Shown: positions 32,155 through 43,419, counted from the whole stretch's first letter. The stretch is DNA of 61,664 bases, filler included, from Bradymonadales bacterium (GCA_007693605.1; 4 parts of 4 records of this genome joined end to end with filler, not necessarily neighbours in it), one strand, 5' to 3'. The notes: generated by a model from the sequence alone, not told the origin. Numbers and translations: made by a program.

Positions 32155-33537
32155 ATGCTTCAAGACTTTCTCAAAGAACAAGACTCGAGTTACGAACTCG
32201 CCTCTCAGTATTTGAACCCCAAACTGGTGCAGGTCATGGACATTTTGGGCTTCAATCAAATCTACACTCAGGCTCAGAGCTGCTATCTTTTTACACAAGA
32301 CGGTAAGAAGTATCTCGATTTTCACAGTGGTGAAGGATTTCAAAGCCTGGGACATAATCATCCGAGGGTAAAGGAAGTTTTAAAAGAGGCCCTCGATAGC
32401 AATCTGCCCGATGGAACTCAGATTCATTTTTCCTCCCTTTCAGGCTTGCTTGCCAAACGAATTTGTCAAAGACTTCCAGACTCTCTTTCTGCGGTTTTTT
32501 TTACTAACTCGGGCACAGAGACGGTAGAAACAGCCCTCAAGTTTTCTCGTTTTGCTTCAGGCCGAGGCCGCTTGCTTTCTTGTGAGAATGGCTACCATGG
32601 CCTCACATACGGGGCCCTCTCGGTGTCGAGCGAAGATTATTTTAAGAAAGGCTTTGGCCCCCTTCTCCCTGATTGTGATCGCGTCCCCTTCAACGACTTA
32701 GAGGCTCTTGAGCGCGAATTGCAAAAGAAAGATGTCGCCGCCTTTATCGTCGAGCCCGTTCAGGGCCGAGCCCTAACACTGCCCGATCCCTCGTATTTTC
32801 AGGAGGTCGCTCGACTTTGTAAAAAGTATGGCACTTTCTTGATTTTTGACGAAATTCAAACAGGTCTCGGTCGAACCGGCAAATGGTTTGCTCTCGAACA
32901 CTGGGATATTGAACCCGACTTCGTTCTTATCGCTAAGGCTTTGAGTGGTGGCTTCATGCCAGTGGGGGCCATGATCACTCGAAGAGAAATCTATAACCGA
33001 GTCGTCAACACTCTAGATCGTTGTTATGTACAACATTCCACTTACGGTCGAAACAAGCTGGCCATGCTTGCGGGCCTCGCCACACTGGAAGTGATTGAGA
33101 CCGAGAAGCTTGTCGAGCGCGCTCACGAGATGGGTGAAAGACTTAAGGTCGGTATGGAGAGCTTGAAGCAAAGCTTCTCGTTGATAAAAGATGTGAGGGG
33201 CCTTGGTCTGATGCTCGGATTTGAGCTTGGCGAACCCAAAGCCTTGAAGGGCAAGATTGAGTACAAGCTCATTCAGAAAGCAAGTAAGGGGCTTTTTCCT
33301 CAATTGGTGGTGATTCCCCTTCACAAAGATCATCAAATCATCAGCATGGCCTCAGGCCACAATGATGTCATTAAACTCCTGCCCCCCCTGGTCATTCAAG
33401 AGGCAGAGGTCGACTATTTTGTAAACTCCCTTCAAAGCGTGTTATCCAATCAGTCGGGGCCGTGGAATAGGGTCATGAAAATTGCCCTACAAACGATGAA
33501 GGGAAGTGTCTCTCATGCCTTCCAGGCCAGGGCCTAG
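32155..33537 (+). CDS. hpnO: Class III PLP aminotransferase, HpnO-like
   Basis: NSGTE.VE.ALK, YHGLTYGALS, IVEPVQG, FDEIQTGLGRTG, AKALSGG; HpnO-like C-terminal segment FELGEPK.LK...ASKGLF.QLVVIPL.KDH.I. Confidence 0.75.
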   Translation: MLQDFLKEQDSSYELASQYLNPKLVQVMDILGFNQIYTQAQSCYLFTQDGKKYLDFHSGEGFQSLGHNHPRVKEVLKEALDSNLPDGTQIHFSSLSGLLAKRICQRLPDSLSAVFFTNSGTETVETALKFSRFASGRGRLLSCENGYHGLTYGALSVSSEDYFKKGFGPLLPDCDRVPFNDLEALERELQKKDVAAFIVEPVQGRALTLPDPSYFQEVARLCKKYGTFLIFDEIQTGLGRTGKWFALEHWDIEPDFVLIAKALSGGFMPVGAMITRREIYNRVVNTLDRCYVQHSTYGRNKLAMLAGLATLEVIETEKLVERAHEMGERLKVGMESLKQSFSLIKDVRGLGLMLGFELGEPKALKGKIEYKLIQKASKGLFPQLVVIPLHKDHQIISMASGHNDVIKLLPPLVIQEAEVDYFVNSLQSVLSNQSGPWNRVMKIALQTMKGSVSHAFQARA

Positions 33538-34537
33538 ACTACTGGTCACCGGCGCTACTGGATTTCTTGGCCGCCATCTGGTGAGTCGACTCCAGGGCTT
33601 AGGATTTGAGACTCGGTGTCTTGTTCGAGAGAGCTCGTCCAGCTCTCCCATAGATGCTCTTGGAGCAGAGATCTATCGGGGCGATCTCAGCGATCTCGAA
33701 TTCCTTCGTCAGAGTCTAGAGAATCGTGACATCCTGATTCACTGCGCGGCTTTGGTCTCTGATTGGGCAACGGTGAAAGAGATAGAGGAAGCCAATGTTT
33801 TGCTTACCAAGAGACTTCTACAAGCCGCAAAGGCTTGCGGAATAAAGAAGTTTGTTCACATCAGCACCACCGATGTATACGGACATCCCGGAAGCCCTTC
33901 TGTGAACGAGAGTACTCCCCTGCCCACTTCTTTCTCAAACTGGTATGCAGAGACAAAAAGAGACGCTGAGCAGCTCGTTCAAGCCAGTCCACTTGACTAC
34001 TGCATACTTCGGCCTGCAACGATTTTTGGTCCCTACTCGACGGCCATGCTTGGAGAGATTGCCAAAGCCTTGTGTTTTGGCAAAATGCTTATGCTGAATC
34101 AGGGACGAAGCATCGCCGGACTCACCTTTGTCGACCATGTCGTCGACGCGATACTTCTGATCATGGAAAATCCAAAGGCGAAAAACCAGGTCTTCAATAT
34201 CTCAGACGAATCCCCCGTCTGTTGGAGGCAATTCTTGACGGATCTTTCTCATGGATTGGGCTGCCCGCTCAATGTAATCCAACTTCCCTTGCCGCTGGCT
34301 AAAATCGCTGGTTTTGGTCTGGAAGTTTCTTATCGCCAGTTACGAAGTGTTTTTGGAATCAAGAGTCGGCCACTGTTGTCGAGGCAGGCGGTGCAAATCC
34401 TATCGATCGATCAGAGCTTCTCTTCTCAAAAGATTAAGAGCGAACTGGGGTGGGCTCCCGCTAAGACCTATGAAATGGGCTTGAAAGAAACGATCGATTG
34501 GGCTCTGCCCTTCGTCCAAGGATGCAGGAGCCAATAA
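33506..34537 (+). CDS. NAD-dependent epimerase/dehydratase (extended SDR; HpnA or 3-beta-HSD-like)
   Basis: VTGATGFLG, HCAA, HIST..VYG, YAETK, LRPATIFGP, ELGWAP; overlaps the aminotransferase end. Confidence 0.88.
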   Translation: MSLMPSRPGPRLLVTGATGFLGRHLVSRLQGLGFETRCLVRESSSSSPIDALGAEIYRGDLSDLEFLRQSLENRDILIHCAALVSDWATVKEIEEANVLLTKRLLQAAKACGIKKFVHISTTDVYGHPGSPSVNESTPLPTSFSNWYAETKRDAEQLVQASPLDYCILRPATIFGPYSTAMLGEIAKALCFGKMLMLNQGRSIAGLTFVDHVVDAILLIMENPKAKNQVFNISDESPVCWRQFLTDLSHGLGCPLNVIQLPLPLAKIAGFGLEVSYRQLRSVFGIKSRPLLSRQAVQILSIDQSFSSQKIKSELGWAPAKTYEMGLKETIDWALPFVQGCRSQ

Positions 34538-34623
34538 GGTAGTTTCGAGAGCTCCAGATTTCAAGGCCGCCGCGCCAGAATGCCGGCTTTTGAGGCAAGC
34601 CCCTCTGGTGTATAGTCTTAGGT

Positions 34624-34869
34624 ATGAGACAACGCTCTAAGCATGCTCTTTCTGGGCTTGGCCTTATCGGATTACTGGTCATTCTAACCATTCTCGCTGT
34701 GTTAGTGCTCCTTAACTGGGACACGGTCAGAGACTTTGGCGATAGGAAACAAGAAAAGATCGAGACAGGAAAAGATCAAATCGAGAATTTTCGAGAAAAA
34801 GTGAGGGACTTAGAAAACCAAATCGAGAAGCGACTCGATTCAGATGAGTCGCCAGCAGTCCACTTTTAG
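34624..34869 (+). CDS. Small single-TM protein with prepilin-like leader and coiled-coil tail
   Basis: MRQRSKHALSG|LGLIGLLVILTILAVLVLL then a heptad-like charged tail; TATAGT 7 nt upstream. Confidence 0.7.
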   Translation: MRQRSKHALSGLGLIGLLVILTILAVLVLLNWDTVRDFGDRKQEKIETGKDQIENFREKVRDLENQIEKRLDSDESPAVHF

Positions 34870-34960
34870 ATAGAACACTCAATGGCTTACCAGCGAGAAT
34901 TCCTGGCGTGGAGAGTTGGGCTCCTAAAAATCTATTGCTAAGAGCCTATCCGGTATAACT

Positions 34961-35950
34961 CTACAGAACCGGGTGAACGACTTTGAGTCGCAGATTCCTG
35001 GCTGGAAACCGGAGCTGATCTCTTACAGGATAAATTCCTGCAGACTCTTTCGTCTTGCGAATCAATGCCAGATCTAAATCGGTGAAGTGGATGCCGGGAG
35101 CTCCATAGTCGGCACTCACAAGTGTGCCAGGATGACCCTTTGTCTCCGGTGTATAAACAGAAGATTTACCGTAATGCCGCCATGTAGGACTTGGGGCTCC
35201 CACCGTTGCACTGACCACAACAAAGCTATGATGCTCAACAGCCCGGGCCGCCGAGGTTTTCAAAACTCGTTGCAGTCCCTCAGGAGATTCCGTCATCGAA
35301 GGCACAAATAGAACATTGAGTCGTTTACTGAGAGGGCTCAATCTTTGAGCCAGCTCAGGAATTTCCACATCGTAACAAATCAAGACAGCCCCCAAGCCCC
35401 AGGGTCCTCTAATCAAAGAAATCTGATTCCCTTTTGACAAGCCCACTTCTCGCTCCCAGGGAGTCAAAAAAATCTTGTCCTGAAAAAAAATCTCGCCCTT
35501 GGGAGATATAATGGGAGAAGAATTATACATTCGACTTTGAACAATCCGCGGATAACTGCCCCCAATGATCCAAATCTCATTCTCTAGAGCAAGTCGTACA
35601 AGAAGCTCCGGATAAAAATTTTCAAAAGCTTCTGCAATTTGTCGGGTCATTTGCTGCTCAGTTAGGCCAGACCCCAGGCGCCAAAGATCGAGGCTTACAT
35701 ACTCCGGAAAAATGACAAGATCTGCATTTCCGCTTACCGCCTCTTGCACAAAATCTTCGATCTTCTGAGAAAAATCTGCAACACCGCGATTTCCTTCAAT
35801 CGGATACTGGACCACAGCGACTTTTAGAGAATCTTGAGAGGACTTCTCGGACTCACTCAGGTCCGCCTGTTTGAGGCTACATCCAAGAATCAAAAAACCT
35901 GAAAAGAGCAGGCTACAGATCCTGCCAAAGTTACCGAGGGCTCTTTGCAT
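34961..35950 (-). CDS. Carbon-nitrogen hydrolase (nitrilase family), probable lipoprotein
   Basis: Lipobox-like LILGC; triad motifs FPE, QDKIFL, ICYDVE. Confidence 0.9.
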   Translation of the reverse strand: MQRALGNFGRICSLLFSGFLILGCSLKQADLSESEKSSQDSLKVAVVQYPIEGNRGVADFSQKIEDFVQEAVSGNADLVIFPEYVSLDLWRLGSGLTEQQMTRQIAEAFENFYPELLVRLALENEIWIIGGSYPRIVQSRMYNSSPIISPKGEIFFQDKIFLTPWEREVGLSKGNQISLIRGPWGLGAVLICYDVEIPELAQRLSPLSKRLNVLFVPSMTESPEGLQRVLKTSAARAVEHHSFVVVSATVGAPSPTWRHYGKSSVYTPETKGHPGTLVSADYGAPGIHFTDLDLALIRKTKESAGIYPVRDQLRFPARNLRLKVVHPVL

Positions 35951-36126
35951 GACTCAACAGAGTTAACAAGCCATGCCCCACAATACAAGCTCATGAAGCA
36001 AAACGATATCTGGTACAACTCGCAAGCCCCTCCCCATTCGCGTGCATAAGGGGTTCTCATCAGAGGACGGCCTTCGATGGCCCTCAGAAAGCTCCACGTA
36101 GAGGCGGGCTTGATCCTGCGCCCCCC

Positions 36127-36978
36127 TTATTCTCCCGACCCAACTTTCAGCCAAATGACTCGAAGCTGGCCCCCATGATCTGGATGCTTGGCCTGAACTG
36201 CAATGCGATAAGGACCAAAGGCGATGGTTCTTTTGCCCTTGGGCGTTTTTTCAACCCGAAAGTCCACATCATGATAGAAGTTGAAGTGCTTCGCCTCGTA
36301 AACTCCAATGTCCAGTTTCTGCTGATAAGCCAGACTCAAGTCCCCTTCTTCACCAAGAGTCCAGAATTCAAAATTGTTTCCAGATCGAAGAAGGACCACC
36401 GAAGATCCATCTGGATGAATCTCCCAACCAAGACTGTCTGAAGGAAGGGCCAGCGAAAAATCTGGAAAAATCTGAAGCTGTAGATCTTCCTCTGACTCGC
36501 CCAGAGAAAAAGCGACCAATCTTTTCCCCTCAGAATTGCTCAGTTCGAACAAGCCTCCCCGACCGCTAGGAAAAAACCTTAGGTCAGTAATTTTAGAATC
36601 TATAAGACCAAAGGCTTCAAGCTCCGCTTGAGTGAAGAAAATTCGACCTGCAGCCTCTAGCGCGCCTTCTTCTGTTTGTCCCACCAAGAAGATTCGATTG
36701 CTTCCATCTAAAGCCCAAACCAATGAAGACTCTGGCCTCGCTCTTAAAATCAAAGAGTCTCTCTTCAGAGGCAAAATCAAAGCCTCCGTTTGTTCGGGTG
36801 CCAACTCTCCGGTCTCGTGATTGACCAATTTCATCGTCAAAAGCGCCACCTGCCCGGAATGTGGGCCTGCTAAGGCTGCCAACAAGTAGTTGTTATCGCC
36901 GGAGATCTCAAACGAACGAAGTGAGGCCTCTCCAGTGGGGACGCTGAACTTTGTCGTCGAGGCGGGATGAAAGAAGGC
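36127..36978 (-). CDS. Partial (5'-truncated) hypothetical protein, beta-propeller-like
   Basis: Frame stays open up to the contig edge; blade-like segments FEISGDNNYLL, LRFFPSGRG, WEIHPDGSSVVL. Confidence 0.65.
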   Translation of the reverse strand, partial: AFFHPASTTKFSVPTGEASLRSFEISGDNNYLLAALAGPHSGQVALLTMKLVNHETGELAPEQTEALILPLKRDSLILRARPESSLVWALDGSNRIFLVGQTEEGALEAAGRIFFTQAELEAFGLIDSKITDLRFFPSGRGGLFELSNSEGKRLVAFSLGESEEDLQLQIFPDFSLALPSDSLGWEIHPDGSSVVLLRSGNNFEFWTLGEEGDLSLAYQQKLDIGVYEAKHFNFYHDVDFRVEKTPKGKRTIAFGPYRIAVQAKHPDHGGQLRVIWLKVGSGE

Positions 36979-37078
36979 NNNNNNNNNNNNNNNNNNNNNN
37001 NNNNNNNNNNNNNNNNNNNNNNTTAATTAATTAANNNNNNNNNNNNNNNNNNNNNNNNNNNNNNNNNNNNNNNNNNNN
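36979..37078. other. Artificial contig linker
   Basis: 44 N + TTAATTAATTAA + 44 N. Confidence 0.98.
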
Positions 37079-37179
37079 GCATATGAACCTTTATCGGCAC
37101 TCTCCATAAACCGCTAAAGGCTCATCTGCTTTGGCGATAGGGCCAGAAGAACTGGTTTTAGGGGGTATCGGTGTGGTTT

Positions 37180-38436
37180 CTAAACCTGAGGGGCTAGGAC
37201 TTTTTCTTCGCTCACCGTCTCTAGGTAGTCTTTGATTTTCACCAAAAAGCCTACCGAAGTGGAGCCGTCGATCAGTCGATGGTCGTAGCTGAGCGCCAAA
37301 TACATCATTGGGCGCACGGTCACTTCAAACTCTCCAGATTCTTTCTGAACCGCCACAGGCCGGTGCTCAGTCTTATGCATACCGAGAATCCCGCTCTGAG
37401 GCGGGTTGAGAATTGGCGTGGATAGAAGAGAACCGAAGACTCCTCCATTGGTGATGGTAAAAGATCCGCCCTGCATATCAGAAATAGAGACCTTGCCTTG
37501 TCTTGCCTTCTCGGCAAGGTCGGCAATGCCCTGTTCAATCTCTGCATAACTGAGGCTCTCACAATGCTTCAGCACGGGCACAACAAGCCCTCTCTCACTA
37601 GAGACGGCAATTCCGATATGATAGCCATCGGGGTGAACAATCTCATCGCCGTCGATATGAGAGTTAACAGTCGGAAACTCACGAAGAGCCGCCACGACCG
37701 CAGCCGTAAAAAAGGACATAAATCCGAGCTTAATCCCGAACTTTTTCTGAAAGTCATCCTTCAGTTTCGATCTGAGAGCGAGAAGGCTGCTCATATCCAC
37801 TTCATTGAAGGTCGTGAGGGTTGCGGTCGACTGTTGAGACTGAAGCAGGCGTTTTGCTACTGTCTTTCGAATGGGACTCATCTTCTCTCGACGAGCCGTG
37901 TCAAGAATTCCTGAGCTGAGGCTCGGGCTTAGCTTCTCGGGCTGGATCTCACCGTGCCGAATGGCTCTTCTCTGACTTGGGCTGAACTTTTTTATCTTCG
38001 AATCATCAAGCCGCGGAGCCTCCTGCTTTGGTCGCTGAGGTTCTGCAGACTGAGTCTTTGTCATCGAAGCTTCAGAGTCTTTCGCTTGAGTCTCAGACCC
38101 CGAAGACATTGGTTCTGCCTTCTTGGCCTTTCCAGATGCAGCCTTTGGGCTAGAGGCCTTTCCGTTCGATCCGGAGCCAGTGGCAGTCGACTCTGCTGCC
38201 GTGTCAATCTTTGCCACGGTTGCTCCCACAGCGACGGTCTCTCCGGCTTGAGCAAGAATCTTCAAACGACCGGTTTCGGAGGCCGGAACCTCCATCGAAG
38301 CCTTGTCGCTATCCAGCTCAAAAAGTGGTTGGTCTTTTTTTACGAGGTCGCCGTCTTTGAAGAACCATCGCCCGATGGCTCCTTCTGAGACGGACTCTCC
38401 AACCGGGGGTACAGTGACATCGATCTCATTTGCCAT
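37180..38436 (-). CDS. sucB: 2-oxoglutarate dehydrogenase E2 (dihydrolipoyl succinyltransferase)
   Basis: Lipoyl domain GESVSEG...[36 protein letters not shown]. Confidence 0.97.
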   Translation of the reverse strand: MANEIDVTVPPVGESVSEGAIGRWFFKDGDLVKKDQPLFELDSDKASMEVPASETGRLKILAQAGETVAVGATVAKIDTAAESTATGSGSNGKASSPKAASGKAKKAEPMSSGSETQAKDSEASMTKTQSAEPQRPKQEAPRLDDSKIKKFSPSQRRAIRHGEIQPEKLSPSLSSGILDTARREKMSPIRKTVAKRLLQSQQSTATLTTFNEVDMSSLLALRSKLKDDFQKKFGIKLGFMSFFTAAVVAALREFPTVNSHIDGDEIVHPDGYHIGIAVSSERGLVVPVLKHCESLSYAEIEQGIADLAEKARQGKVSISDMQGGSFTITNGGVFGSLLSTPILNPPQSGILGMHKTEHRPVAVQKESGEFEVTVRPMMYLALSYDHRLIDGSTSVGFLVKIKDYLETVSEEKVLAPQV

Positions 38437-41200
38437 GATGGCTTAAGTCTAGACTGTCTTCGACGAGTTGTCTCTGTTCTCTTTCATGTTTTAAGAAAGA
38501 GCCGGTGGCTGGGCTGGCCGCCGCCGGTCGCCCCAAATAGCGCAGAGAGATTCCTTGTTCAAGCATCTCTAGGCAAATATGAGACCATGCCCCCATATTT
38601 TTCGGCTCCTCTTGCACCCAGACTCGATCCGCACTCGGATGCTCTTCAAGATAGCTCTTGATGGCGGTCTTGTCTAACGGGTAGAGCTGCTCCACACGCA
38701 CGATACTGATTCGATCTTCTAGCGATCTCTCTTTGAGACCCCTTAAAAGATCCCAATAGATTTTCCCACTGCACAGAAGAATCCGCTCCGGACTTGAGGC
38801 CTGATCAAACAGCAGACTTTGAAAGCCCGAGTCCAAGAAGTCAGACTTCTTCGAAACCACCTCAGGCATTCGCAGAGGACTTTTAGGAGTCATGATGACC
38901 AAGGGCTTCCGAAAACGACGGTGAATCTGTCGCGTCAATAAATGAGCGTACTGAGCGGGGGTCGTGGGGTAGCAAACCTGAATATTGTTTTGCGCGCAAA
39001 GTTGCAGAAATCTTTCAAGACGAGCACTCGAATGTTCCGGGCCCTGCCCCTCATAACCGTGGGGCAGAAGCATCACAAGGCCGCTCATTCGATACCATTT
39101 GGCCTCGGCACTGACAATGAACTGATCAATAATCACCTGAGCCGTGTTCACAAAGTCGCCAAACTGCCCCTCCCACAGAACCAAAGCTTTGGGTTGAGCG
39201 ACACTGTAACCGTAATCAAAACCGAGTACGGCCGCTTCAGAGAGAGGGGAGTCGTAGCAATAAAGAGAGGCTTGTTTTGCATCCAGGTGCTGCAAGAAGT
39301 AGTAGCGCTTTCCGCTCTCATGATCCCGCATCGCCAGATGCCTCTGGCTGAAAGTGCCCCGAATCGAATCTTGTCCGCTCAAGCGAACGGGGATGCCCTC
39401 AAGCAAGAGAGAACCAAAGGCGAGCTGCTCGCCCGTGGACCAATCGATCTCGTCTTTTTCGAGAATTCTTTTCTTTCGAGCCTTCAGAAGCTTTTCAAAC
39501 TTTGGCAAAGGCTTCAACTCAGAAGGGATATGATGAATCGCGTCAATCACCCGAGAAAAGGTCTCTTCTGAAATTCCGGTCTGAACTAGAGAGAGCATCT
39601 GTTTCTCGTCGGAGCGTTCAAAGCCTTCCCAGAGCCCGCCGAACATATCCGCATTGAGTTTTCGAGCGACATTCTTGATCTCTTCTCGCTTCCGATCCAG
39701 CTCTTCTTTGAAGCCGTCAATAAACTGATCGACCTGCTCTTGTTCTACCGAATGATCGTCTGTGAGTTTTTTCGCATAAATTTCGAGAGGTGAGGGGTGT
39801 TCTTGAATCACCTTGTACATCAAAGGCTGTGTGAATCGAGGCTCATCTCCTTCATTGTGGCCGTACTTTCGATAGCACCAGATGTCTACAAAGACATCCT
39901 TATTGAACTTCATTCGAAACTCTGTCGCCAACTTAATACAATGAACGACATCTTCCACTTGGTCACCGTTGACATGAAAAATCGGAGCTTGAAAGGCTTT
40001 TCCAAAATCAGTGCAATACAAAGAGGATCGTGAGGCTGGGGGCAGGGTTGTAAATCCTATCTGATTGTTGATCACAATATGAATGGTCCCACCTGTATGG
40101 TATCCGTTGAGTTGCGCAAGATTGAGAGTTTCTGCGACGACTCCCTGACCAATGATGGCGGCGTCTCCGTGAATCAAAATCGGCACAACCGCATTTCGAT
40201 TCCCCTGGTGTTTAGTGTCTTGCTTCGCCCTCGCAACTCCCTCAACCACTGGGTTGACCCATTCGAGATGGCTGGGGTTCGGTGCCAGAGAAAGATGAAG
40301 CTTCTTTCCGTTCGGGGTGACTTCATCTGCTGAATAACCTTGATGGTATTTCACATCCCCCATGGCTTCAGCCATATCGGGAAGCTCTGCTCCCTCAAAT
40401 TCTTTGAAAATCTCTTGATAGGGTTTCTCAAGAACATTCGTCAACACATTCAACCGACCTCGATGTGCCATCCCAATCACAATTTCGTGCGCCCCAAGAT
40501 CGGCACAAACACTAATGGCGTGTTTTAAAGCCGGAATCAAACTCTCTGAACCTTCAAGCGAAAACCTCTTTTGGCCCGTGTAGTTGCTTTGCAAAAAGTT
40601 CTCAAAAATACTGGCTCGAAAGAGATGTTTTAAAATTCGAAGCTTCTCTTCTGGATCGAACGAACCATGATTCTGATTTTCCTCGATCTTAGTTTGAAGC
40701 CAATTTCGAACCTCTTCATTTCGAATGTAGTGATACTCGACCCCAACAAAGTGGCTGTAAGACTCTTTGAGCCTCTCCACGATTTTCGTGATCGGAGAGG
40801 CGGGCAGACCAATCTCTGAGGCCGCCTGAAAGTTCCGGTCTTTCGGAACATTTTGAAGGTTGAAGTAGGCGAGATCGAGGTGAGGGTCGAGAGGGGACTT
40901 CCAAAGTCCGAGAGGGTCCAAATGAGCAATCAAATGTCCTCGCATTCGATAGGCTTCAATCAGCTCTTTAACTCGAATCTCATCGGCGACCTCACTCGAC
41001 ACAGAAATGGGGGCGAGGCCCGAATCGACTGACTCTCGACCCATATCGTAGGCATCAAAAAAGAAAGCAAGGTCTGCGGCCACCGAGTCAGGGTCTTGCC
41101 GGTACTGTTCTCGAAGATAGTCGAGGTATTCAGGAGAAAACTGATGTAAAAATGCAATTCGATCGGCTGGACTTAAATCACCGGTTGGCTTGGCTGACAT
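38426..41200 (-). CDS. sucA: 2-oxoglutarate dehydrogenase E1
   Basis: [59 protein letters not shown]. Confidence 0.98.
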   Translation of the reverse strand: MSAKPTGDLSPADRIAFLHQFSPEYLDYLREQYRQDPDSVAADLAFFFDAYDMGRESVDSGLAPISVSSEVADEIRVKELIEAYRMRGHLIAHLDPLGLWKSPLDPHLDLAYFNLQNVPKDRNFQAASEIGLPASPITKIVERLKESYSHFVGVEYHYIRNEEVRNWLQTKIEENQNHGSFDPEEKLRILKHLFRASIFENFLQSNYTGQKRFSLEGSESLIPALKHAISVCADLGAHEIVIGMAHRGRLNVLTNVLEKPYQEIFKEFEGAELPDMAEAMGDVKYHQGYSADEVTPNGKKLHLSLAPNPSHLEWVNPVVEGVARAKQDTKHQGNRNAVVPILIHGDAAIIGQGVVAETLNLAQLNGYHTGGTIHIVINNQIGFTTLPPASRSSLYCTDFGKAFQAPIFHVNGDQVEDVVHCIKLATEFRMKFNKDVFVDIWCYRKYGHNEGDEPRFTQPLMYKVIQEHPSPLEIYAKKLTDDHSVEQEQVDQFIDGFKEELDRKREEIKNVARKLNADMFGGLWEGFERSDEKQMLSLVQTGISEETFSRVIDAIHHIPSELKPLPKFEKLLKARKKRILEKDEIDWSTGEQLAFGSLLLEGIPVRLSGQDSIRGTFSQRHLAMRDHESGKRYYFLQHLDAKQASLYCYDSPLSEAAVLGFDYGYSVAQPKALVLWEGQFGDFVNTAQVIIDQFIVSAEAKWYRMSGLVMLLPHGYEGQGPEHSSARLERFLQLCAQNNIQVCYPTTPAQYAHLLTRQIHRRFRKPLVIMTPKSPLRMPEVVSKKSDFLDSGFQSLLFDQASSPERILLCSGKIYWDLLRGLKERSLEDRISIVRVEQLYPLDKTAIKSYLEEHPSADRVWVQEEPKNMGAWSHICLEMLEQGISLRYLGRPAAASPATGSFLKHEREQRQLVEDSLDLSHHGK

Positions 41201-41240
41201 CTGAATTTTTTAAAACCCCCATTCCATACGATACTCTATC

Positions 41241-41513
41241 TCATTGCCTTTCGGGAGAGGGCTCTTTCAACAAATCTACAAGATTCTGCTCTGCATCAAG
41301 TTGGGCCAACTCTTGGAAGCCTCCAATGCAGTCCTCTCCAAAAAAAATTTGTGGCACGGTTCGAAAGCCCGTTCTTTCAAATAGGGCCTTAGCCTTCTCT
41401 GGTTCAGAGTCTAAATTCTCTTCAGAAAAGGAAATTCCTCTGGCCTTCAACAAAGCTTTCGCTCGATCACAGAAGGGACAAAATGTCTTTGTGTAGACTT
41501 TAACGGCTTTCAA
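41241..41513 (-). CDS. grxC: Dithiol glutaredoxin (Grx3-like)
   Basis: CPFC, RTVPQIF, IGG; TTG 41513 behind AGGAG preferred as start. Confidence 0.9.
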   Translation of the reverse strand: MKAVKVYTKTFCPFCDRAKALLKARGISFSEENLDSEPEKAKALFERTGFRTVPQIFFGEDCIGGFQELAQLDAEQNLVDLLKEPSPERQ

Positions 41514-41856
41514 GCTGTTCTCCTGCAAGAAGAGCTTTTTGACGAAACAAGTCTTGGAGTTCTCCGCTTTGAGCCATGCTGGTCACAATATCACAACCTC
41601 CGACAAGTTCCCGTTCCACGAAAAGCTGAGGAAAAGTGGGCCAATTTGAAAAGCTCTTCAGGGCGCTGCGTAGCTCCGGATCGGCCAAAACATCTCGGGT
41701 TTCGTAGGAAACGCCGAGCGATTCCAAAATCTCCACCACTTGGGCTGAGAAGCCACACTGGGGAAAGACTCGATCGCCCTTCATATATAGGAGTACCGGA
41801 TTCTTCTCTAGATCACTCGTAATCTCTTGGAATTTTGCATTGGGTTCAGCGGCCAT
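41500..41856 (-). CDS. grxD: Monothiol glutaredoxin Grx4
   Basis: LYMKG, PQCGFS, SNWPTFPQLF, GGCDI. Confidence 0.95.
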   Translation of the reverse strand: MAAEPNAKFQEITSDLEKNPVLLYMKGDRVFPQCGFSAQVVEILESLGVSYETRDVLADPELRSALKSFSNWPTFPQLFVERELVGGCDIVTSMAQSGELQDLFRQKALLAGEQLESR

Positions 41857-41894
41857 GGGTTTTTCCTTTCTTATTCTCTTTTTTTATCAGATTT

Positions 41895-42122
41895 TCACAA
41901 GGCGGCGCTTGTGATTTTTAGGGCATGAATCTCGTCCTTCATCTTGTCCCCCAAGATTTGATAGATCATCTGGTGCTGTTGCACGAGGCTCTTCCCCTGA
42001 AATTGGGGTGCCAAAAGTCGAAGCTCAAAGGAGTCCGCTTCGCCATTTCCAAGCTCCCACACCTCAATGCTGGCCCCCGGTAGGGCCTCTCTGAGGCGAT
42101 CCTGAATTTCCTGCGCTTTCAT
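41895..42122 (-). CDS. bolA: BolA/IbaG family protein
   Basis: FQGKSLVQQHQMIY..LG......IHALKI; start ATG 42122 behind GGGGAG. Confidence 0.92.
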   Translation of the reverse strand: MKAQEIQDRLREALPGASIEVWELGNGEADSFELRLLAPQFQGKSLVQQHQMIYQILGDKMKDEIHALKITSAAL

Positions 42123-42174
42123 CTCCCCGTTATTTAGCTTTCCTGCGCCTAGAAATCTAGGTTTGATAGCACAA

Positions 42175-43419
42175 ATGTCTGTCAGTCCCATTCAAGAAAT
42201 CCTCAAGAGAAACAAGCCAGCTCAGCGACAGCGAGTGGGAATTGAGGTCGAACGCTTTCTTTTGGATTCGGAGGGAAGGCGGCTTTCCTACTCTCAGGGG
42301 GTCGAGTCCTTTCTGACCGGCTTGAAGGACAAGCAAGCCTGGAATCTCTATCAAGAAGATCAGGGAAGGCCGCTCGGTCTGGTCCAAGATGAAGATTTCA
42401 TTAGCCTTGAACCGGGGGCTCAGCTGGAAGTGGCCCTATCTGCTCAGGCCAATCTGGTCGCCTGGGGGGAACGATCGGAGGCCAAAGAGAAGGAGCTCTC
42501 TCGCTTGTTCCAGGAAAGGGGCGAGAGCTGGCTGTGGCTCGGTTGTGATCCTTGGAACTCTGTCGAAGACATCGAGCTGATCCCCTCGGCCCGATATCAA
42601 ATCATGACGGACTACTACCGGGAGTTGGGCCTGGCAAACCTCGAGATGATGCGCCTGACCGCTGGCTTTCATGTCAATCTTGACTACCGCAATGAAACCG
42701 AAGCCATGGAAATGCTTCAGGCTGGAGCCTATCTGGCCCCCCTCTGGGCCGCTTGGTTTGCGAACTCTCCCTTTCTTTACGGCAAACGGATGCAGGCACA
42801 CTCACAACGATCTTTGATTTGGCTGCAACACGATGCCTCTCGAAGTGGCTTCTTTCTTGGGCAGAAGATTGAGGATTATGTAAACTTGGTCGAGTCTACC
42901 CCCTTGATGTTTGTTTACCTTTCCGAAGGGCGGGTCGAGGCGGGCAAGGGGAGGGCTTGGCGAGATCTGCCCACTGAGCTTCAGGAGCTCAATTTGCTCA
43001 CAAGCCTTAGACAGTTGTTTCTTGAGGTCCGACTGAAGCCTTGCTGCGTAGAGTTTCGGAGTTTTGATGCCTGTTCGCCGTCTCAAAGATTGGCGGCGGC
43101 CGCTCTTTGTATTGGAATCTTCTATGATGAAGAGAACCGACGGCATTACGCGAAGAAGGCCCAAGCGATGACCAAGGTTCAGCTGACTTCGCTTTTTGAA
43201 TCCGCTGCAATCCAGTCGTTTGAGCAAGACTTTTTTGTCGATTGGGCGAAGGATGTTTTGGATCGGGCAACGAGCGCACTCGTTCGAAGATCTTTTGGCG
43301 AAGAGCAATATCTTGTGGAGGCCGAGAGACTTTTGTCTTTGAAAAAGAGTCCGGCAATGATTTTGAAAGAGAAGTGGAAGAGCTTTCCCGTTTGGAATTC
43401 TGAGGAGGTTCTTGGGTGA
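42175..43419 (+). CDS. gshA: Glutamate--cysteine ligase (GCS2 family)
   Basis: VGIEVE, ISLEPGAQLE, P..RY.IM..Y, MMRLTAGFHVNLDY, FANSPF, EVRLK..VEFR; coupled to gshB. Confidence 0.9.
   Translation: MSVSPIQEILKRNKPAQRQRVGIEVERFLLDSEGRRLSYSQGVESFLTGLKDKQAWNLYQEDQGRPLGLVQDEDFISLEPGAQLEVALSAQANLVAWGERSEAKEKELSRLFQERGESWLWLGCDPWNSVEDIELIPSARYQIMTDYYRELGLANLEMMRLTAGFHVNLDYRNETEAMEMLQAGAYLAPLWAAWFANSPFLYGKRMQAHSQRSLIWLQHDASRSGFFLGQKIEDYVNLVESTPLMFVYLSEGRVEAGKGRAWRDLPTELQELNLLTSLRQLFLEVRLKPCCVEFRSFDACSPSQRLAAAALCIGIFYDEENRRHYAKKAQAMTKVQLTSLFESAAIQSFEQDFFVDWAKDVLDRATSALVRRSFGEEQYLVEAERLLSLKKSPAMILKEKWKSFPVWNSEEVLG

Noticed and set aside
37079..37107. Possible start of lpdA (MESADKGSY...) after sucB
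   Set aside because: Only nine codons before the gap; cannot be supported
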